This document shows, one piece after another, positions 1 to 8,936 of a stretch of DNA of 64,000 nt; positions within the stretch are counted from its first letter, which is position 1, and each line of letters opens with the position of its first letter. The notes under the pieces are model-generated. The model was not told the DNA's origin. It saw nothing but the letters and a program-made list of their open reading frames with translations, and ran no database searches. The translations under genes were made by a program, and so were the position numbers. The stretch is from sequence record MZ436830.1; one strand, written 5' to 3'. This stretch comes from Escherichia phage JK1.

Positions 1-1
1 G

Positions 2-670
2 CTGGAAATCAACCGCGAAGTTGTTGATTGGATTAACTACTCCGCTCAGGCTGGTAAATCTGGTATGACCCTGACTCCGGGTTCTAAAGCTGGTGTATTT
101 GACTTCCAGGACCCAATCGATATTCGTGGTGCTCGCTGGGCGGGTGAATCCTTTAAAGCTCTGTTGTTCCAGATTGACAAAGAAGCAGTTGAAATTGCTC
201 GTCAGACCGGTCGTGGTGAAGGTAACTTCATTATCGCTTCCCGTAACGTAGTTAACGTTCTGGCTTCAGTTGATACTGGCATTTCTTATGCTGCACAAGG
301 TCTGGCTACCGGCTTTAACACTGATACTACCAAGTCAGTATTTGCTGGTGTTCTGGGTGGTAAATACCGCGTATATATCGACCAGTATGCTAAACAGGAT
401 TATTTCACTGTAGGTTATAAAGGTCCGAACGAAATGGATGCTGGTATTTACTATGCTCCATATGTAGCTCTGACTCCGCTGCGTGGTTCCGATCCGAAGA
501 ACTTCCAACCGGTAATGGGGTTCAAAACTCGTTACGGTATCGGTATCAACCCATTTGCAGAATCCGCTGCTCAGGCTCCGGCTTCTCGCATCCAGAGCGG
601 TATGCCTTCTATTCTGAATAGCCTTGGTAAAAACGCTTACTTCCGCCGTGTATATGTTAAAGGTATCTAA
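2..670 (+). CDS. 23: Major capsid protein gp23, C-terminal part (5' end lies outside the window)
   Basis: Open frame from window edge; translation ...FKTRYGIGINPFAESAAQAPASRIQSGMPSILNSLGKNAYFRRVYVKGI matches remembered T4 gp23 C-terminus; followed by hairpin terminator. Confidence 0.9.
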   Translation: MEINREVVDWINYSAQAGKSGMTLTPGSKAGVFDFQDPIDIRGARWAGESFKALLFQIDKEAVEIARQTGRGEGNFIIASRNVVNVLASVDTGISYAAQGLATGFNTDTTKSVFAGVLGGKYRVYIDQYAKQDYFTVGYKGPNEMDAGIYYAPYVALTPLRGSDPKNFQPVMGFKTRYGIGINPFAESAAQAPASRIQSGMPSILNSLGKNAYFRRVYVKGI

Positions 671-685
671 TCTTTGACGATTTAA

Positions 686-714
686 GGGACCTTCGGGTCC
701 CTTTAGTTGTTTTT
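686..714 (+). terminator. Intrinsic terminator after gene 23
   Basis: GGGACCUUCGGGUCCC hairpin (UUCG loop) followed by U-rich tract. Confidence 0.75.
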
Positions 715-718
715 ATGG

Positions 719-726
719 TATAAATA
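719..726 (+). promoter_or_regulatory. Late promoter (TATAAATA) for gene 24
   Basis: Exact TATAAATA ~28 nt upstream of ATG 754. Confidence 0.7.
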
Positions 727-753
727 AATCATATAAACCAAAAGGAAAGCGCA

Positions 754-2037
754 ATGGCTAAAATCAACGAACTTCTGCGCGAATCAACCACAACGAATAG
801 CAACTCAATCGGTCGCCCAAATCTCGTTGCTTTGACTCGCGCTACCACTAAATTAATATATTCTGACATTGTAGCAACGCAAAGAACTAATCAACCTGTT
901 GCTGCTTTTTATGGTATCAAATACCTTAACCCAGACAACGAATTTACATTTAAAACTGGTGCTACTTACGCTGGCGAAGCTGGATATGTAGACCGAGAAC
1001 AAATCACAGAATTAACAGAAGAGTCTAAATTAACTCTCAATAAAGGCGATTTATTCAAATATAATAATATCGTTTATAAAGTATTAGAAGATACTCCATT
1101 TGCTGATATTGAAGAAAGCGACTTAGAGTTAGCTCTTCAGATTGCAATTGTTCTTTTAAAGGTTCGTCTATTTTCTGATGCTGCAGTAACAAGCAAATTT
1201 GAAAGCTCTGATAGTGAAATTGCGGATGCTAGATTCCAGATTAATAAATGGCAAACCGCAGTTAAATCTCGTAAACTTAAAACTGGCATCACAGTTGAAT
1301 TAGCACAAGATTTAGAAGCAAACGGATTCGATGCTCCTAATTTCTTGGAAGATTTGCTTGCAACTGAAATGGCGGATGAAATCAATAAAGATATTTTGCA
1401 GTCTTTGATTACAGTGTCAAAACGCTATAAAGTTACAGGAATTACTGATACTGGATTCATTGATTTGAGTTATGCATCTGCACCTGAAGCCGGTCGTTCA
1501 TTATACCGAATGGTATGCGAAATGGTTTCACATATCCAGAAAGAATCAACTTATACAGCAACGTTCTGTGTTGCTTCAGCTCGTGCCGCTGCGATTCTTG
1601 CTGCATCAGGTTGGTTAAAACATAAACCAGAAGATGACAAATATCTTTCACAAAATGCCTACGGGTTCTTAGCTAATGGTTTACCGCTTTATTGCGATAC
1701 CAACAGCCCATTAGATTATGTAATCGTTGGCGTAGTAGAAAATATTGGTGAAAAAGAAATTGTTGGATCAATTTTCTATGCTCCGTATACAGAAGGTCTT
1801 GACTTAGATGACCCTGAACATGTAGGTGCATTTAAAGTTGTAGTTGATCCAGAAAGTTTGCAGCCATCTATCGGTTTATTAGTTAGATATGCTTTATCTG
1901 CAAATCCTTACACTGTAGCAAAAGATGAAAAAGAAGCAAGAATAATTGATGGTGGAGACATGGATAAAATGGCGGGTCGTTCAGATTTGTCTGTTTTATT
2001 AGGTGTTAAGCTACCAAAAATTATCATTGATGAATAA
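754..2037 (+). CDS. 24: Head vertex protein gp24
   Basis: 427 aa, ATG preceded by AAGGAAAG and late promoter; synteny after gene 23; paralogous relation to gp23 expected. Confidence 0.9.
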   Translation: MAKINELLRESTTTNSNSIGRPNLVALTRATTKLIYSDIVATQRTNQPVAAFYGIKYLNPDNEFTFKTGATYAGEAGYVDREQITELTEESKLTLNKGDLFKYNNIVYKVLEDTPFADIEESDLELALQIAIVLLKVRLFSDAAVTSKFESSDSEIADARFQINKWQTAVKSRKLKTGITVELAQDLEANGFDAPNFLEDLLATEMADEINKDILQSLITVSKRYKVTGITDTGFIDLSYASAPEAGRSLYRMVCEMVSHIQKESTYTATFCVASARAAAILAASGWLKHKPEDDKYLSQNAYGFLANGLPLYCDTNSPLDYVIVGVVENIGEKEIVGSIFYAPYTEGLDLDDPEHVGAFKVVVDPESLQPSIGLLVRYALSANPYTVAKDEKEARIIDGGDMDKMAGRSDLSVLLGVKLPKIIIDE

Positions 2038-2040
2038 AAC

Positions 2041-2064
2041 AAAGGGACCTTTCGGTCCCTTTTT
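2041..2064. terminator. Bidirectional hairpin terminator between gene 24 and rnlB
   Basis: AAAGGGACCUUUCGGUCCCUUUUU: stem-loop flanked by A-run and U-run. Confidence 0.7.
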
Positions 2065-2066
2065 AT

Positions 2067-3071
2067 TTAACTTACCAATTCAATCCAAGCCGGACGAAGT
2101 ACATCTTGTACCATTTTAACTAATTCCTTCTTAATCAAAGAAGGATTATCCGCTTGAGTTAGAGTAATACCTTCACGAGAAGTTTCTTCCAAAATATCTT
2201 GAACCGTTAGTCCCATCACCTTTCCAAAATCTTTTGGACCAATTTCACCAATTTTAGAAATAACGTTATTTACTCGATTCAGTGTAACGTAACAAGCTAA
2301 AATTCCCAGCAATTTGTTATCAGCTTCTGACAGTTTAACTTTAGCTTTAATAGGCTTGTCAGACTTTTTCTTTTCACTAAATTTAGAATTCTTGCATTTG
2401 ATGGCTACACGATTGCGATTAGGCAGCCAAGAAGGATAACAAGGTTTCAATACATATCCTTCAGCGGTAAATACTTCGCCTTTGGCTTCAGCTTTCCAAA
2501 CACATTTGTTAGCGTCAATTAAACCTGCATTATCTACGGTAAAATTATAAGACGGAACAACAGAATCCAAATCATTTGGAAGTTTAATAAGATCTTCAAA
2601 TTTACCACGACCCAAAAGTGGAGCGATTTTAAACCCAAATGAATTACAAAACGATTCCATCATGTAATCATCAACATAAGTTACATCACCACTTTCGGTA
2701 GTGACAATAATGTCAAATACATAAAAATCTTTATCGCCATAATCAACATTCTTCTGAATGCCAGGTCCAGCGAATTCGCCAAAAACTTGATAAGTCACAA
2801 CAGCTGAAGTTTCCATAATTTCTTGGACAGCTTTAATAGAATCTTCGTAATTCTTTAAAATAATTTCATAACCGAAGAAATCTTCAGCAGGAAGAATCGG
2901 TCCAGTACGTTTAGCGCAAGTTACTTTATCACGCTCAATAATCAATGAGAAATTTGTGCCGTGAATCTTTTCACGAGCTACCCATTCGCCGCCAGTCAAT
3001 CCTAAGCTATAAATTTTTTCAATAAATTTAGAGTTGTAATGATTTTCAAGACTGCTATACTTTTTAAACAT
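2067..3071 (-). CDS. rnlB: RNA ligase 2
   Basis: 334 aa; nucleotidyltransferase motif I KIHGTN; matches remembered T4 Rnl2; synteny. Confidence 0.9.
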   Translation of the reverse strand: MFKKYSSLENHYNSKFIEKIYSLGLTGGEWVAREKIHGTNFSLIIERDKVTCAKRTGPILPAEDFFGYEIILKNYEDSIKAVQEIMETSAVVTYQVFGEFAGPGIQKNVDYGDKDFYVFDIIVTTESGDVTYVDDYMMESFCNSFGFKIAPLLGRGKFEDLIKLPNDLDSVVPSYNFTVDNAGLIDANKCVWKAEAKGEVFTAEGYVLKPCYPSWLPNRNRVAIKCKNSKFSEKKKSDKPIKAKVKLSEADNKLLGILACYVTLNRVNNVISKIGEIGPKDFGKVMGLTVQDILEETSREGITLTQADNPSLIKKELVKMVQDVLRPAWIELVS

Positions 3072-3080
3072 AATTAATCC

Positions 3081-3359
3081 TCAAAATGTAATTTCTAACC
3101 AATCACCATCACGCTGATCACTATTGACTTTAAAATTAAATCCTTCTTTTCTCAGCCAATCACCAATTTCCTCAGTAATCAATTTATCGCGAGCAGTACA
3201 ATAATAACTAAAATATGTTTTACCTTGTTCAGCTGCTTTATTAGCAAGTTCCGAAAAATCTTTAATAAAACACTCTAGCTTAAACTGTTTACTTTTTAAT
3301 GCTTTTTCACGTAATTGATTAGCAAAAGATTCATTTTCATAAAGATCATACTGTTCCAT
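3081..3359 (-). CDS. Hypothetical protein (92 aa)
   Basis: ORF with ATG start, synteny between rnlB and hoc. Confidence 0.6.
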   Translation of the reverse strand: MEQYDLYENESFANQLREKALKSKQFKLECFIKDFSELANKAAEQGKTYFSYYCTARDKLITEEIGDWLRKEGFNFKVNSDQRDGDWLEITF

Positions 3360-3561
3360 TTTTCACCTTTTTATTGATATGTCTTTTTCTATAGACAACT
3401 TTTTCTCGAGTTTCAAATTTATTCTTAGCAGTCATAGCTCGAGCCCATAATACAGCCACTTCTTTCGCCTGTAAGTTTAATTCACGAGCAATTTCAATGA
3501 ATGACTTTCCAGACTCATGAAGAGTAAACACCACAACCTCAGTTCTCATAATCAATCTCAT
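3346..3561 (-). CDS. Hypothetical small basic protein (71 aa), possible helix-turn-helix
   Basis: ORF; segment SFIEIARELNLQAKEVAVLW resembles an HTH by eye only. Confidence 0.5.
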   Translation of the reverse strand: MRLIMRTEVVVFTLHESGKSFIEIARELNLQAKEVAVLWARAMTAKNKFETREKVVYRKRHINKKVKNGTV

Positions 3562-3614
3562 GTTATCGAGTTGGTGCCATTATATACATCATTTTCTGAG
3601 TGTGTTTTGTGTGC

Positions 3615-3644
3615 TTTCAAAATGAAGAAAGGGGCCGAAGCCCC
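3615..3644 (-). terminator. Hairpin terminator after hoc
   Basis: GGGGCUUCGGCCCC on - strand followed by U-rich sequence. Confidence 0.5.
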
Positions 3645-3650
3645 TTATGA

Positions 3651-5069
3651 TTATGGATAGGTATAGATGATACCAGTTTCTAAAGCAGTTTTATGAATGA
3701 TGTATCCATTACGCGATTCTTGGACATCAACTTCTGGATAGTCTTTCATCATCTTCTGAAGAGTGTAACGATGCAGGTAGTATTTACTATCTGGATCTTC
3801 AGTTTTCCAATCTTTACCTTCTTCAGTCATTTTTTGAATTTCATCCATAACCCACCAACCGCACCAGATGTAAGCTGAGCTACGGTGTGGAAGAGGATGA
3901 ACATAAGGTAATTCACCTTCTGGTTCTGGAGCAACTTTATCAGTTACCTGAACTTGACCTTCTGCTGTAATAGTTTTGCTATCATAATCAGTAGCAGTAA
4001 CAATTGCCGTAACTTCAATAGTTTGACTTCCAATAGATGAGGTATCAACGGTATATACATTAGTTGACCCTTCTACAGGAGAAGAATCTTTCTTCCATGA
4101 ATACGCAATTTGCGCTTCTTCTGGAGCATCAGTGACATTAGCAGTAAATGTAGCCGAAGCATCTTGTTGAACGTTAATAGAAGGAGGAGTCAATGTAACC
4201 TGTGGATTCATTGTCTTCTTATTAACCGTTAATGATACTTCATTCGAAGTAACCTCCTTTTCATTGTAATTTTCTGCAGTTACTTGCGCTACACATTTAA
4301 TTCTTTTTACTCCACTTGTAGTTGGAGTATAGTTAAATGTAGCAGAAGTTGCTTCACCAATTTGAGAATCATCTACATACCACTGATACGTAGCAGATGC
4401 TCCACCAGGTTGAGAAGCTAAGGCAGCAGTAAATTGAACTGGGGTTCCAATTACTCCAGCTGGAGGACTATCAGGAGTTACTGCCAAGGTAGTTGTCTGT
4501 GTCTTTTTATTAACAGTCAGTGACACTTCATTAGAAGTAACTTCCTTTGCATCATAATCTGTCGCGGTTACTTGAGCTACACACTTAATTGTTTTAACTC
4601 CGCTTGCGTCAGGAGTGTAATTGAATGTAGCAGAAGTTGCTTCGCTTACAGGAGAACCGTCAACGTGCCATTGATACGTAGCAGACGCTCCTGGTGGCTG
4701 TGAAGCCAAGGCAGCAGTAAATTCAACGGCTGTTCCGATTACTCCTTCCGGAGGACTAGCAGGAGTTACGGCTAATGTAGTTGTTTGTGTCTTATTTTGA
4801 ACTGTGATAGTTGTACTAATTTCTGCTGTTTCAGGTTCAGATTCTGCAACTTGATTGGTTGCAACTACTTTAATAGTCTTTTGACCGGCAGGTCCTTTTA
4901 GTACATAACTAAAAGTTGCTGACGTTTCTTCCTGTGGAGCGTCGTCTACAGTCCAAGCATATGTAATAGGTCCATCTCCAGTTTGACCACTGGGTGTAGC
5001 AGTAAACTGCTGAGTCTGATCTATAACTCCAGTAGGTGTTTTAGGAGTTATATCAACTGTAAAAGCCAT
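3651..5069 (-). CDS. hoc: Highly immunogenic outer capsid protein Hoc (472 aa, four Ig-like modules plus capsid-binding C-terminus)
   Basis: Tandem Ig-like modules and C-terminus ...HRYTLQKMMKDYPEVD...IIYTYP; synteny; longer than remembered T4 Hoc. Confidence 0.85.
   Translation of the reverse strand: MAFTVDITPKTPTGVIDQTQQFTATPSGQTGDGPITYAWTVDDAPQEETSATFSYVLKGPAGQKTIKVVATNQVAESEPETAEISTTITVQNKTQTTTLAVTPASPPEGVIGTAVEFTAALASQPPGASATYQWHVDGSPVSEATSATFNYTPDASGVKTIKCVAQVTATDYDAKEVTSNEVSLTVNKKTQTTTLAVTPDSPPAGVIGTPVQFTAALASQPGGASATYQWYVDDSQIGEATSATFNYTPTTSGVKRIKCVAQVTAENYNEKEVTSNEVSLTVNKKTMNPQVTLTPPSINVQQDASATFTANVTDAPEEAQIAYSWKKDSSPVEGSTNVYTVDTSSIGSQTIEVTAIVTATDYDSKTITAEGQVQVTDKVAPEPEGELPYVHPLPHRSSAYIWCGWWVMDEIQKMTEEGKDWKTEDPDSKYYLHRYTLQKMMKDYPEVDVQESRNGYIIHKTALETGIIYTYP
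4221..4796 (-). repeat. Tandem duplication of a 288-bp Ig-like domain module inside hoc
   Basis: Two consecutive 96-codon units (4509-4796 and 4221-4508) nearly identical at protein level, with synonymous drift. Confidence 0.85.
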
Positions 5070-5078
5070 AAGTTATCC

Positions 5079-5759
5079 TTATTTTAATGTTACGAAAGAA
5101 GAATTACGTGTTTCACGAATTAGAACTGATCCGTCGCGATTAATGTAATAAATTAAGCTAAATAAAGTTTGGTGCGCCGACGCGTGTTCAAAACTAGTTG
5201 GGTGAGATTTCCAATCCGGAGTTTCAGCAATCCACTGGTAAATCCACCAAGGAACAGTGCAGAATCCTGGATTTTTTCCAATCAGCTGAAGATTCGGACT
5301 AAAGTTTTCCGGAAGAGTAAATACAGACGGCTTTTCAGATTCAATAATCTCAGCTACAGCCTGCTCAAATTTTTCTTCAACAAAAGGAGTATCTTCAATC
5401 AAAACATCGGTATTTTCAGGAATTTTATCCGTTTCTACTACTTCAATTTTAATGTCAGATTTAACCGGAGAATCAATCAGAAGTGCTGCCTCTGGATTGA
5501 CTTCTTCATCGTCATATTTTAATCCGTCTGCAGCATCAGCAGCATCAATTAAGTCTTTAATAGATAACCCATCAGTCTCTGGCATAGGTTCACTAGCGAG
5601 CTTCTGGAGGGCTTCTTCAATATCATTAACGATATTATCAAAAGATTTATTCTTTTTGACCTTTATACCAAACTGTTCAGCATATTCAGCTAATTTAGCT
5701 TTAGCTTCTTTATTATCATCAAGAGCCTTCAGCTCTGCAATATAATCTTTATCTATCAT
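5079..5759 (-). CDS. inh: Acidic protein, probable inhibitor of prohead protease (Inh)
   Basis: 226 aa acidic ORF in the position between hoc and uvsW; assignment by synteny. Confidence 0.6.
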   Translation of the reverse strand: MIDKDYIAELKALDDNKEAKAKLAEYAEQFGIKVKKNKSFDNIVNDIEEALQKLASEPMPETDGLSIKDLIDAADAADGLKYDDEEVNPEAALLIDSPVKSDIKIEVVETDKIPENTDVLIEDTPFVEEKFEQAVAEIIESEKPSVFTLPENFSPNLQLIGKNPGFCTVPWWIYQWIAETPDWKSHPTSFEHASAHQTLFSLIYYINRDGSVLIRETRNSSFVTLK

Positions 5760-5772
5760 AATATTTCCTCAG

Positions 5773-5780
5773 TATAAATA
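5773..5780 (+). promoter_or_regulatory. Late promoter for uvsW
   Basis: TATAAATA ~30 nt upstream of ATG 5810. Confidence 0.65.
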
Positions 5781-5809
5781 TAGATATATTTATTACATGG
5801 TATTTAGAC

Positions 5810-7321
5810 ATGACTGACATTAAAGTACATTTTTATGATTTTAGTCACGTGAGAATTGATTGTGAAGAAAGTACATTTCATGAACTCCGTGATTTCTTTA
5901 GCTTTGAAGCTGATGGGTATCGTTTTAATCCGAAGTACAAATATGGCCACTGGGATGGACGAATCCGTCTTTTAGATTATAATCGCCTTCTTCCATTCGG
6001 TTTAGTCGGGCAAATTAAAAAGTTCTGCGATAACTTTGGCTATAAAGCCTGGATTGACCCACAGATTAACGAAAAAGAAGAATTATCAAGAAAAGATTTT
6101 GATGAATGGCTTTCTAAATTAGAAATCTATTCAGGAAATAAAAGAATTGAACCGCATTGGTATCAAAAAGATGCAGTGTTCGAAGGATTAGTTAATCGTC
6201 GTAGAATTCTTAATCTTCCAACATCCGCAGGTAAATCTTTAATTCAAGCTTTGCTTGCTCGGTATTATTTGGAAAATTATGAAGGCAAAATTCTTATCAT
6301 TGTTCCAACAACTGCTCTGACAACTCAGATGGCTGATGACTTTGTTGACTATCGTTTATTCAGTCATGCAATGATAAAGAAAATCGGCGGTGGAGCATCA
6401 AAAGATGATAAATATAAAAATGATGCACCAGTCGTTGTTGGTACATGGCAAACTGTAGTAAAACAACCGAAAGAATGGTTCTCACAGTTTGGAATGATGA
6501 TGAATGATGAATGCCATCTTGCTACAGGAAAAAGTATTTCATCTATCATATCAGGTTTAAATAACTGTATGTTTAAATTTGGTTTGTCTGGTTCATTACG
6601 TGATGGCAAAGCTAATATCATGCAGTATGTTGGAATGTTTGGTGAAATATTTAAGCCAGTAACGACTTCTAAATTAATGGAAGATGGACAAGTAACTGAG
6701 TTAAAAATTAATAGTATTTTTCTTCGCTATCCAGATGAGTTCACTACTAAATTAAAGGGAAAAACTTACCAAGAAGAAATAAAAATTATTACTGGACTCA
6801 GTAAAAGAAATAAATGGATCGCTAAATTAGCTATTAAGCTTGCGCAAAAAGATGAAAACGCTTTTGTCATGTTTAAACACGTATCGCACGGTAAAGCTAT
6901 TTTCGATTTAATTAAAAATGAATACGATAAAGTTTATTACGTATCAGGGGAAGTTGATACCGAAACCCGCAATATAATGAAAACCTTAGCTGAAAATGGT
7001 AAAGGAATAATTATAGTAGCTAGTTATGGTGTATTTTCTACTGGTATTTCAGTTAAAAATCTGCATCACGTTGTTTTAGCGCACGGTGTTAAATCAAAAA
7101 TCATTGTATTACAAACAATCGGTCGTGTATTACGTAAGCATGGTTCTAAGACAATAGCAACCGTCTGGGACCTCATAGATGATTGTGGCGTTAAGCCAAA
7201 ATCTGCTAATACGAAAAAGAAATATGTTCATTTGAACTATCTTTTAAAACACGGCATTGATCGTATTCAGCGCTATGCAGATGAAAAATTTAATTACGTA
7301 ATGAAAACAGTTAATTTATAA
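5810..7321 (+). CDS. uvsW: UvsW RNA-DNA/DNA helicase
   Basis: 503 aa; Walker A-like PTSAGKS and DExH box MMNDECH; late promoter upstream. Confidence 0.9.
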   Translation: MTDIKVHFYDFSHVRIDCEESTFHELRDFFSFEADGYRFNPKYKYGHWDGRIRLLDYNRLLPFGLVGQIKKFCDNFGYKAWIDPQINEKEELSRKDFDEWLSKLEIYSGNKRIEPHWYQKDAVFEGLVNRRRILNLPTSAGKSLIQALLARYYLENYEGKILIIVPTTALTTQMADDFVDYRLFSHAMIKKIGGGASKDDKYKNDAPVVVGTWQTVVKQPKEWFSQFGMMMNDECHLATGKSISSIISGLNNCMFKFGLSGSLRDGKANIMQYVGMFGEIFKPVTTSKLMEDGQVTELKINSIFLRYPDEFTTKLKGKTYQEEIKIITGLSKRNKWIAKLAIKLAQKDENAFVMFKHVSHGKAIFDLIKNEYDKVYYVSGEVDTETRNIMKTLAENGKGIIIVASYGVFSTGISVKNLHHVVLAHGVKSKIIVLQTIGRVLRKHGSKTIATVWDLIDDCGVKPKSANTKKKYVHLNYLLKHGIDRIQRYADEKFNYVMKTVNL

Positions 7322-7346
7322 GGGCTTCGGCCCTTTGGAGAAAAAG

Positions 7347-7577
7347 ATGTTACTAGAATTTAAACAATTTCTTTATGAAGCTTCTATTGATGAATTTATG
7401 GGTAAAATTGCCTCTTGTCAAACATTAGAAGGTTTAGAAGAACTTGAAGCTTATTATAAGAAAAGAGTTAAAGAAACTGAATTAAAAGATACTGATGACA
7501 TCTCAGTCAGAGATGCTTTGGCAGGAAAAAGAGCTGAATTAGAAGATTCAGACGATGAAGTAGAAGAAAGCTTTTAA
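7347..7577 (+). CDS. uvsW.1: UvsW.1 small protein (76 aa)
   Basis: ATG at 7347 with GGAG 6 nt upstream (ORF-track start 7335 is TTG); acidic C-terminus. Confidence 0.7.
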   Translation: MLLEFKQFLYEASIDEFMGKIASCQTLEGLEELEAYYKKRVKETELKDTDDISVRDALAGKRAELEDSDDEVEESF

Positions 7578-7632
7578 ATTAAAAAAGGCCCAACCAAAAA
7601 GGAAGGGCCAAAACTATAGACTAAAGGTCACA

Positions 7633-7800
7633 CTATAGCAAAAGTTGTGTTTCATTTAATTGTTCTTCCGAACTTTCTGAAACTGGTAGTTCTTTAATGT
7701 AATTATAGCAAGGCCCAGGATGTACAGGACCTTTGTCTGTTTCAACAACCAATGCAGAATCGATTGGAGTTTTACAGACAACACAAATCTTATCTGACAT
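7633..7800 (-). CDS. Small Cys-containing protein (55 aa)
   Basis: Not in ORF track (<60 aa); GAGGAG RBS then ATG at 7800; CVVC...PGPC; late promoter at 7831-7838. Confidence 0.5.
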   Translation of the reverse strand: MSDKICVVCKTPIDSALVVETDKGPVHPGPCYNYIKELPVSESSEEQLNETQLLL

Positions 7801-7830
7801 GATTGTCTCCTCTGAATTATATATATATTC

Positions 7831-7838
7831 TATTTATA
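7831..7838 (-). promoter_or_regulatory. Late promoter for the 55-aa ORF
   Basis: TATAAATA on - strand ~30 nt upstream of ATG 7800. Confidence 0.55.
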
Positions 7839-8058
7839 CAACTCTCATATGCATATCAATGCCCATATCTTTAGAATAAAAATATTCATCAAGATATCCG
7901 GCAAATTTTCCTTTAATATAAATGACATCTTCACCACACGGGTGGTCGGCCAGGATACGAATATCCTGACGCTTAAGATTATACTTTTTCATTAAGAATT
8001 GAATTTCCGTTTCAAATTCTTCTTCATAATTAAAAGCATCATCAATGCTATATCTCAT
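7834..8058 (-). CDS. Hypothetical protein (74 aa)
   Basis: ORF immediately downstream of uvsY. Confidence 0.6.
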   Translation of the reverse strand: MRYSIDDAFNYEEEFETEIQFLMKKYNLKRQDIRILADHPCGEDVIYIKGKFAGYLDEYFYSKDMGIDMHMRVV

Positions 8059-8471
8059 TATTTTCCAGCCTCAAATGCTCGCATGTCTTGAATATGCTTA
8101 ATAGCAAATCCACGTGATTTGATAGCATCAAGAGCTCCGCTACAGAAATCTAATAAAATCCCCCAATACTGTAACGAGGTATCAATCTTTAAAACATCCT
8201 TATCAGCTGATAGAACTGTCTTCATTTCTGATTTCTCGTAACGATCCATACTAAATTCATCACCATCTCCTCGTCCCGAGTAGTAGTCTAATTTAGCTTT
8301 AAGAGCAACTTTTTTCTGTGCATCAATTCTAAGCATTTCCTTTTTAATACTTGAATGCTTATTAAGCCATTTACTATATAACATCACATTATTAGCTGCT
8401 TCATACTGTAATTTAGTCGAATCTATAAACACATCTTTCTTCAATTCTTCTTGAAGATCTTCTAATCTCAT
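8058..8471 (-). CDS. uvsY: UvsY recombination mediator
   Basis: 137 aa; matches remembered T4 UvsY size; MotA-box middle promoter upstream. Confidence 0.9.
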   Translation of the reverse strand: MRLEDLQEELKKDVFIDSTKLQYEAANNVMLYSKWLNKHSSIKKEMLRIDAQKKVALKAKLDYYSGRGDGDEFSMDRYEKSEMKTVLSADKDVLKIDTSLQYWGILLDFCSGALDAIKSRGFAIKHIQDMRAFEAGK

Positions 8472-8511
8472 ATTGTTCTCTATTCAATTGTTATTGGATG
8501 GACTTAGATTC

Positions 8512-8537
8512 ATTATACCACGTTTATACGTGAAGCA
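8512..8537 (-). promoter_or_regulatory. MotA-dependent middle promoter of uvsY (origin-associated in T4)
   Basis: - strand reads TAATGCTTCA-13 nt-TATAAT about 40 nt upstream of uvsY ATG. Confidence 0.6.
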
Positions 8538-8936
8538 TTATACTCTATTACTGGAAGCCAGTTGTAGTTTTATCTGCTCAATGTCATCAGGGTTATCAAT
8601 GACCGAAAAGCGTATTTCTACTATCAGAGTATAATCATCATAAACTGGTATAACATTAACTGCTAATTTATCAATACGTGGCTCATAGTTTCTTACTGCG
8701 CTTTCGATATTACGCTCAACCGTGTCAGCAGTAAGAGGAGTCATATTCTCAAAAAGTTGGTCAGATAAATCACATCCAAATTCAGGGTCAAACGGTCTTG
8801 AACCTTTTCTTGTTGTAATAATTCCTAAAAGACTATTTTTAATTGACCTTAATCCAAGTGATCTTGAAACGTCTTTGTTCCAATCCATTTTCATCTCTGG
8901 GTCAATATCAGAATAAAGCTTATTAATATTTGCCAT
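8538..8936 (-). CDS. 25: Baseplate wedge protein gp25
   Basis: 132 aa; synteny 25-26 divergent from 51. Confidence 0.9.
   Translation of the reverse strand: MANINKLYSDIDPEMKMDWNKDVSRSLGLRSIKNSLLGIITTRKGSRPFDPEFGCDLSDQLFENMTPLTADTVERNIESAVRNYEPRIDKLAVNVIPVYDDYTLIVEIRFSVIDNPDDIEQIKLQLASSNRV

Noticed and set aside
1137-1651. Antisense ORFs (82 and 64 aa) inside gene 24
   Set aside because: Fully embedded in a well-supported structural gene on the opposite strand, no RBS; most likely chance ORFs
3693-3878. 61-aa plus-strand ORF inside hoc
   Set aside because: Embedded antisense ORF with hydrophobic low-complexity translation; no start context
5169-5745. Plus-strand ORFs (117 and 97 aa) overlapping inh
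   Set aside because: Low-complexity translations opposite a coding region; no promoter or RBS support
5789-5796. Late promoter for inh/hoc on the minus strand
   Set aside because: Only a near-match (AATAAATA on the minus strand) is present; not annotated because late promoters in this window otherwise show the exact TATAAATA octamer
7335-7346. ORF-track start of uvsW.1 at 7335
   Set aside because: Codon is TTG; the ATG at 7347 has a GGAG six nucleotides upstream and gives a 76-aa product
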